Positions 58,929-64,000 of a DNA stretch of 64,000 nt are shown piece by piece. The stretch comes from an uncultured Pelagibacteraceae bacterium (GTDB lineage Bacteria > Pseudomonadota > Alphaproteobacteria > Pelagibacterales > Pelagibacteraceae), in assembly GCA_902537555.1 (NCBI GenBank), contig CACBBR010000005.1, positions 5,703-69,702 on the forward strand, in the 5' to 3' direction. Every line of letters begins with the position of its first letter. Position 1 is the first letter of the stretch. A program made the position numbers and the translations under genes. Below the pieces are notes generated by a model, which saw only the letters and a program-made list of their open reading frames with translations, was not told where the DNA came from and searched no databases.

Positions 58929-60342
58929 GGCTCTTGTCTGGATAAGAGATGATTTTCGCATAAACAATAATGATGCATTAACTTATGCTACTAATAATCA
59001 TGATCTCGTAACTGCAGTTTTCATTTTTAATAATGATATTTTTGATAACAAAAGAGAGGCACAAAAATGGTGGCTAAGTAAATCTCTTGAAAGTTTTAGA
59101 TCTGATTTAAAAAAATTTAATATTGGATTAGAAATAGTTAAAGATGATGAAATTAATTTTTTTTCTAAATTAAAATCTAATAATAAAATTTCTATTTATT
59201 GGAATAAAGTTTATGAACCTACTGAATTAGATAAAGATAAAAGAATTGGAAAAGATTTAATTGATAAAAAAATTGATTTTAAATTTTTTAAAGGGAATGT
59301 GCTGAATGAATATAATAAAATTACTAAAAATGATGGAACACCTTTTAAAGTTTATAGTCCTTTCTGGAGAAATGCAGAACAATATTATTTAGAAAGACTT
59401 CCAGATAAAATAAACAAGGTCAAAAAATGTAAAAAGATAGAAGTGATCTTTAAAAAACAAATAAAGCCTGAAGAGATTTTACCTAAGTCAAAATGGTATA
59501 TGAAGTTTGAGAAGTATTGGATACCTTCAGAAAGTAAAGCTCAAGAATATTTAGATAACTTTATAAATAAAAACATATTAAATTATGGTGTAAATCGCGA
59601 CTTTCCATCTATTAATGGAACATCAAAACTTTCTCCATATATTAGAAATGGACAGATTAATGTTGGCGATATCTGGGAGAAATGTAAAAAATTAAAGTCT
59701 AAAAATATAAGTGTAAAAAAATATACTAATGAGATTGGTTGGAGAGAGTTTTCACATAGTCTTATTAATTACTTTCCGGAAATGCTAAAGGGAAATTTAA
59801 GAAAAGAATTTGACAATTTCCCATGGGTTAATAATGCTAAATTTTTAAATGCATGGAAAAAAGGAATGACGGGCTATCCAATTGTTGATGCTGGAATGAG
59901 AGAATTATATGAAACAGGATGGATGCATAACCGAATTAGAATGGTTGTTGGCTCTTTTTTAGTTAAACATTTAAGAATTAATTGGAAAGAGGGAGAAAAA
60001 TATTTCAGAAATTGTCTACTAGATTTTAATGAAGCAAATAATGTTGCTCAATGGCAATGGGTAGCAGGATGTGGGGCTGATGCAGCTCCATATTTTAGAA
60101 TTTTTAACCCTATTTTACAGGGTGAAAAATTTGATAAACAAGGAGAATATGTAAAAAAATGGGTTCCTGAACTAAATAAAGTACCTATAAAATTTATTCA
60201 TAAACCCTGGGAAATGGAAAAAAAATATCAAGAGGCATTAAATACTATCATAGGCTCCGATTACCCTATGCCAATTGTTATCCATGAAAAAGCTCGGAAT
60301 GATGCACTGAACGCTTTCCAGTCTATTAAGAAAAAAAACTAA
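58918..60342 (+). CDS. phrB: Deoxyribodipyrimidine photolyase
   Basis: WIRDDFR, TSKLSPY, WREF, TGYPIVDAGMR, GWMHNR and APYFRIFNP. Confidence 0.93.
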   Translation: MSNKALVWIRDDFRINNNDALTYATNNHDLVTAVFIFNNDIFDNKREAQKWWLSKSLESFRSDLKKFNIGLEIVKDDEINFFSKLKSNNKISIYWNKVYEPTELDKDKRIGKDLIDKKIDFKFFKGNVLNEYNKITKNDGTPFKVYSPFWRNAEQYYLERLPDKINKVKKCKKIEVIFKKQIKPEEILPKSKWYMKFEKYWIPSESKAQEYLDNFINKNILNYGVNRDFPSINGTSKLSPYIRNGQINVGDIWEKCKKLKSKNISVKKYTNEIGWREFSHSLINYFPEMLKGNLRKEFDNFPWVNNAKFLNAWKKGMTGYPIVDAGMRELYETGWMHNRIRMVVGSFLVKHLRINWKEGEKYFRNCLLDFNEANNVAQWQWVAGCGADAAPYFRIFNPILQGEKFDKQGEYVKKWVPELNKVPIKFIHKPWEMEKKYQEALNTIIGSDYPMPIVIHEKARNDALNAFQSIKKKN

Positions 60343-60758
60343 TCACCTATAAAATGATGTATTACAGTTCGTCTAACTGAGTCCAATCTATGCTCAAATA
60401 GATAAATTCCCTGCCAGGTTCCTAAAAGAATTTCATTTTTTCTAATGCTGAAAGAGATTTGATTATTGGTTAAAGCTGATTTTATATGGGCAGGCATATC
60501 ATCCTTACCTTCTATAGTATGAGTATATAAGGAGTTGTCCATAGGTACCAACTTATTAAAATAATTTATTAAATCAATTTGAACATCTGGATCTGCATTT
60601 TCCTGAACGATCAGAGATGCACTTGTATGTTGAATTGATAAATTCAAAATGCCATTTTTAAAATTATTTTTTTTGACCCACTCAATTGTTTTATCTGTAA
60701 ATTCATAAAGTTTTTGTCCACTTGTGTTGATTTTAAGGTTATAAAACTCTTGTCTCAT
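60339..60758 (-). CDS. yjbQ: YjbQ (UPF0047) family protein
   Basis: HTSAS, QENADPDV, EGKDDMPAHIKS and LGTWQGIY. Confidence 0.9.
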   Translation of the reverse strand: MRQEFYNLKINTSGQKLYEFTDKTIEWVKKNNFKNGILNLSIQHTSASLIVQENADPDVQIDLINYFNKLVPMDNSLYTHTIEGKDDMPAHIKSALTNNQISFSIRKNEILLGTWQGIYLFEHRLDSVRRTVIHHFIGD

Positions 60759-60761
60759 ATA

Positions 60762-61814
60762 TTAATTTAGCTTTTTCGATGTCATTTCGTATAAACGACT
60801 AACAGTTCTTTTGAATGGTTCTTTTAGACTGTTTGCTGAGCAAAGAGAGTTTAGATCTACTTCAGATTTAATCATTAAAGGTATTTTTTTCTCATAAATA
60901 ATGTCTATAAAAGTTATAAATCTTTGTTGTTGATTAGAGTTACCTTCATTAAAATTGGGCATATTTTCAATAAAAATTAAATCGCTTTCTTTTGCGATCT
61001 CAATATAATCTTCAGATCCTAAGTTTTTATTACATATTTCATCAAAGGTAAACTTAACAATCCTGTCATAATAATTCTCAATTGTTAGTTTACGGCCCTT
61101 AATATCTAATATTTTTAAAATTTTATTTTTACCCTTTGTCATTTTTCTAAAAAACTTATTAAATCTAAAATTTGATGATTGATCTATTGGAGATAAAAAT
61201 CTATCCAATGTTATATTTTTATTAGTTCTATAATCTTCCTCAATATTAAGTTCTATTTCCGTACAATTATCACCTAAAATTTTAATAAATGGTAAAAATT
61301 GGTCTCTTTGAAGCCCATTTTTGTACAAATCTTTCACATTTATATTTGAGGAAAAAATTACTCTTAACTTATTTTCAAATATCTTTTCAAATAATTTACC
61401 TAATATCATTGCATCTACAATGTTTGTTACTTGGAATTCATCAAAATAAATAATTTTTGTTTTTTTTGACAAATCTTTAACGAATTTGTCTAAGCCATTT
61501 TCTTTTCCACTTTCTTTGTTTTTATGCACATATTCATGAAATTTGATCATGAACTCGTTAAAATGTAATCTTATTTTATTTTCTTTCAAAGAATTAAAAA
61601 AAAAATTTAAAATCATAGTTTTGCCCACACCTACATCTCCAACTAAATAAAAACCTGATTTATATTTTTTTTTTGTAAATATTGTTTTAATAAAAGATTG
61701 CTTGAAGTTAAGATTGTAAAACTCACTTAATTTTTTGATAACACTAATTTGGTTTTCGTTAATTTCATATTCATTATCTTTACAAAATTTAAGGAAAGAT
61801 TTATTTAAATTCAT
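60762..61814 (-). CDS. zapE: AFG1/ZapE ATPase
   Basis: GFYLVGDVGVGKT, FDEFQVTNIVDAMIL and RTVSRLYEM. Confidence 0.9.
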   Translation of the reverse strand: MNLNKSFLKFCKDNEYEINENQISVIKKLSEFYNLNFKQSFIKTIFTKKKYKSGFYLVGDVGVGKTMILNFFFNSLKENKIRLHFNEFMIKFHEYVHKNKESGKENGLDKFVKDLSKKTKIIYFDEFQVTNIVDAMILGKLFEKIFENKLRVIFSSNINVKDLYKNGLQRDQFLPFIKILGDNCTEIELNIEEDYRTNKNITLDRFLSPIDQSSNFRFNKFFRKMTKGKNKILKILDIKGRKLTIENYYDRIVKFTFDEICNKNLGSEDYIEIAKESDLIFIENMPNFNEGNSNQQQRFITFIDIIYEKKIPLMIKSEVDLNSLCSANSLKEPFKRTVSRLYEMTSKKLN

Positions 61815-62239
61815 TTTTTAGTTTTAAAGTCTATTCCATATTCTGATCTCGGTCCTTTTCTAAGTCCATATGGACCAGCTATAAAAATAGTCAAAGGTCT
61901 AGTGCCTGGTTCTAAATCTACTCTATGAAAATTATTAGCAGATCTAAATCCTATATAGCCTGGCGCTCTCCAAAATTTACCTGATTTTAATGTTTCCCAA
62001 TATCCTCCTCTAAGTATTATTGTAATAAAAGGAAACAAATGATTATGTACTCCATCTCCATGATCATCATCTAACATTTCATGAATTAAAATATTAAATG
62101 GAAACCATTTAGGACGATGTCGAAATAACAAATAGTATCTATTCATCCAGGGTTTGGCATTGTTATACTCGGGATGGGATGGCCCTCTATCCAATACAAC
62201 TTTTTTTCTGCCTAATTTTTCTAAAATTTTTAAAAACAT
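61811..62239 (-). CDS. Cupin-like hypothetical protein
   Basis: HEMLDDD...HNH, GGYWE, FHRV and TIFIAGP. Confidence 0.6.
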   Translation of the reverse strand: MFLKILEKLGRKKVVLDRGPSHPEYNNAKPWMNRYYLLFRHRPKWFPFNILIHEMLDDDHGDGVHNHLFPFITIILRGGYWETLKSGKFWRAPGYIGFRSANNFHRVDLEPGTRPLTIFIAGPYGLRKGPRSEYGIDFKTKK

Positions 62240-63510
62240 CAGTCTATTTTAACGATAGCATTATCTTTTATCAAATACATGCTATTATTAAATACTGATG
62301 GTCTAGAAATTTTTGAACCATGAAGTTTAATTATTTTTTCTTCAGACCCTGTTGACGAATTTATTTTTAATAATCTCCCATTGCTCAAGGATACAAATAT
62401 TTTTTGCTTTCCATGTATAAACCCAGTCGGTTTAATGTTATCTCTTTTTTTAAAATTATTTAAAATATCTGTTATTCTCAAAATGTTTCCAGTTATGTCA
62501 TCTATTACGAATAGATATCCTTCGTTAGACACTGTAAAGATCAAACTTTCAATAATTGTAGGTCTTAAACTTGAATTAATAGATTGAGTCCATTTAATAA
62601 TTCCTGTTTTTGCATCAATTGAAAAAAATTCATTTTTGTTATTTGAGAAATAAATAGTATCATTTTCAAAAACTAGATCTGAGTTCTCTAAACTAAAAGC
62701 ATCTTGATATATAAGACTACTTTGAGTGGGTGTCTGCCATACTAGACTACCATTATTAACATCAAGTGCTGTAACGTCTCCTAAATTATTTATAAAAAAA
62801 ACAATTTCGTCTTTTAAAATAATAGAAAGTTTTTTTTGGGATTTTATAAACGAGTTTTCTGTTTTAAAATTCCATAATTCTGTGCCGTCTTTTGATGAAA
62901 TTGCTCTAATTACATTATCAAAATCAACTGATATAAATTTATCACCATAGACTTTAATATCAGAGTTAAAAGATGATGAACTATATTTTGACCAAATTAC
63001 TTTTCCGTTATCTAGATTAACAGTATACATTTTTGATAAATTATCATTTACAATTAACTTTTTATCAACCTGAGCAAAATACAATATTGGATTTAGTTTT
63101 TTTTCTTTTTTATTATAATTATTAACTTTCCATATCTCCTTAAAATTTTGGTTAAGTTTTAAAATTGTACCTTTTCCATTAAAGAAAATGATATTTTCAT
63201 CTTGGGTAAAAAATAATTCTGGTTGATTAGAATAAAACTTTTTTATCTTACTTATTTTATAATTTGAAATATTTTCAAAATTTGAGTCAAAGTTTATGTT
63301 GCCATTATTATTACTATCATTTTTTAAAAAAGGATTTTTTTTGAAAGTACTTAATTTTTTAATTTTTAATTGTTGATTAAACTCTTTTTCAATTGGTTCA
63401 TTTTTTTTGAAAATATCTATTAGATTTTGATTTTCATTCTTTTCATTTTTTGAAAAACTACAATTAGATAAAAATAATAAAATTATTATATATTTAATAC
63501 ATTTATTCAC
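62239..63510 (-). CDS. bamB: PQQ-type beta-propeller lipoprotein (BamB-like)
   Basis: Lipobox LSNC and repeated A-x-D-x-x-x-G-x-x-x-W blades; follows a YfgM-like gene. Confidence 0.7.
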   Translation of the reverse strand: MNKCIKYIIILLFLSNCSFSKNEKNENQNLIDIFKKNEPIEKEFNQQLKIKKLSTFKKNPFLKNDSNNNGNINFDSNFENISNYKISKIKKFYSNQPELFFTQDENIIFFNGKGTILKLNQNFKEIWKVNNYNKKEKKLNPILYFAQVDKKLIVNDNLSKMYTVNLDNGKVIWSKYSSSSFNSDIKVYGDKFISVDFDNVIRAISSKDGTELWNFKTENSFIKSQKKLSIILKDEIVFFINNLGDVTALDVNNGSLVWQTPTQSSLIYQDAFSLENSDLVFENDTIYFSNNKNEFFSIDAKTGIIKWTQSINSSLRPTIIESLIFTVSNEGYLFVIDDITGNILRITDILNNFKKRDNIKPTGFIHGKQKIFVSLSNGRLLKINSSTGSEEKIIKLHGSKISRPSVFNNSMYLIKDNAIVKID

Positions 63511-64000
63511 TGAAATCTGAACGTAATCTTTTTTGAACTTCTAATTTAATTTTTGGACTAATATTTTCCATCTCAATTATCTGGTTAAAAAATTCTTTAG
63601 ATTTCTGCTTTTGGTTTTTTGACAAATAAAATTCTGCCATTAAATATAAAGCTTGTGGTTTCCACATACTTTCTGATTTAATTATTGGATTGAGAATATT
63701 TAATAATTCATTTTCTTGAACATATTCAGAATTAAATAATCCCTTTTTATATATGGTTAGGTTTTTAATCTCTTTTTCAAGAGGTATATTGTTTATTAAA
63801 ATATCAAAGTATGAATTAATTTCATCTTTTGATGATATTAAATCGTTGTCTAGCAAAAAGAAAAAGGCCAATGGTGAGTATGTTTTGTCTTTGACATTTA
63901 TAATATCTATCAATTCATCGTTTAAATTTTTTTTACCATTTTCAAAACTTGTTACAATCTTATTAAATTTATTCGCTAATTTTATTTTGTTCCTAGACTT
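63503..64000 (-). CDS. YfgM-like TPR protein (5' end outside the window)
   Basis: The frame is open to the window edge; helical TPR-like C-terminus (WKPQALYLMAEFY); sits upstream of bamB. Confidence 0.6.
   Translation of the reverse strand, partial: KSRNKIKLANKFNKIVTSFENGKKNLNDELIDIINVKDKTYSPLAFFFLLDNDLISSKDEINSYFDILINNIPLEKEIKNLTIYKKGLFNSEYVQENELLNILNPIIKSESMWKPQALYLMAEFYLSKNQKQKSKEFFNQIIEMENISPKIKLEVQKRLRSDFSE

Noticed and set aside
105-62950. Short antisense or overlapping ORFs in the track (e.g. 105-479, 4630-4983, 16048-16380, 21394-21717, 56303-56650, 58400-58978)
   Set aside because: They lie within well-supported genes, show no motifs and are typical shadow frames.
1-64000. Prophage, integrase, transposase, tRNA or rRNA
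   Set aside because: No such ORFs or GC-rich structured RNA stretches were seen, and intergenic gaps are almost all under 150 nt.

Overview
AT-rich (roughly 30% GC by eye), tightly packed alphaproteobacterial DNA whose gene content and compactness point to SAR11/Pelagibacterales. Most of the window is a methylated-amine/osmolyte and folate-C1 catabolic island. It holds a betaine-type operon (BHMT, DMG-dehydrogenase-like protein, SAM methyltransferase, Rieske oxygenase, SET-domain protein), a ProXW-type transporter with metF and a DmdA-like demethylase, soxBDAG-type genes, fhs, tmm, tmoXWV and tdm. It also carries two complete, divergent gmaS/mgsABC-type glutamylation modules flanking an atypical Amt. 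Interleaved around tmm is a sugar ABC transporter + GH63 hydrolase + glpK + gpsA-like set that looks like a glycosyl-glycerol utilisation module. The best candidates for an undescribed system are (i) the second glutamylation module directly behind tdm, possibly a dimethylamine route, (ii) the glycosyl-glycerol module, (iii) the proXW-metF-DmdA-like demethylation unit and (iv) a dipeptidase-like/DUF3726/zinc-finger operon. Three genes missing from the ORF track were found by hand translation. No RNA genes, CRISPR arrays or mobile elements were seen. All family calls come from motif recognition, not database searches.
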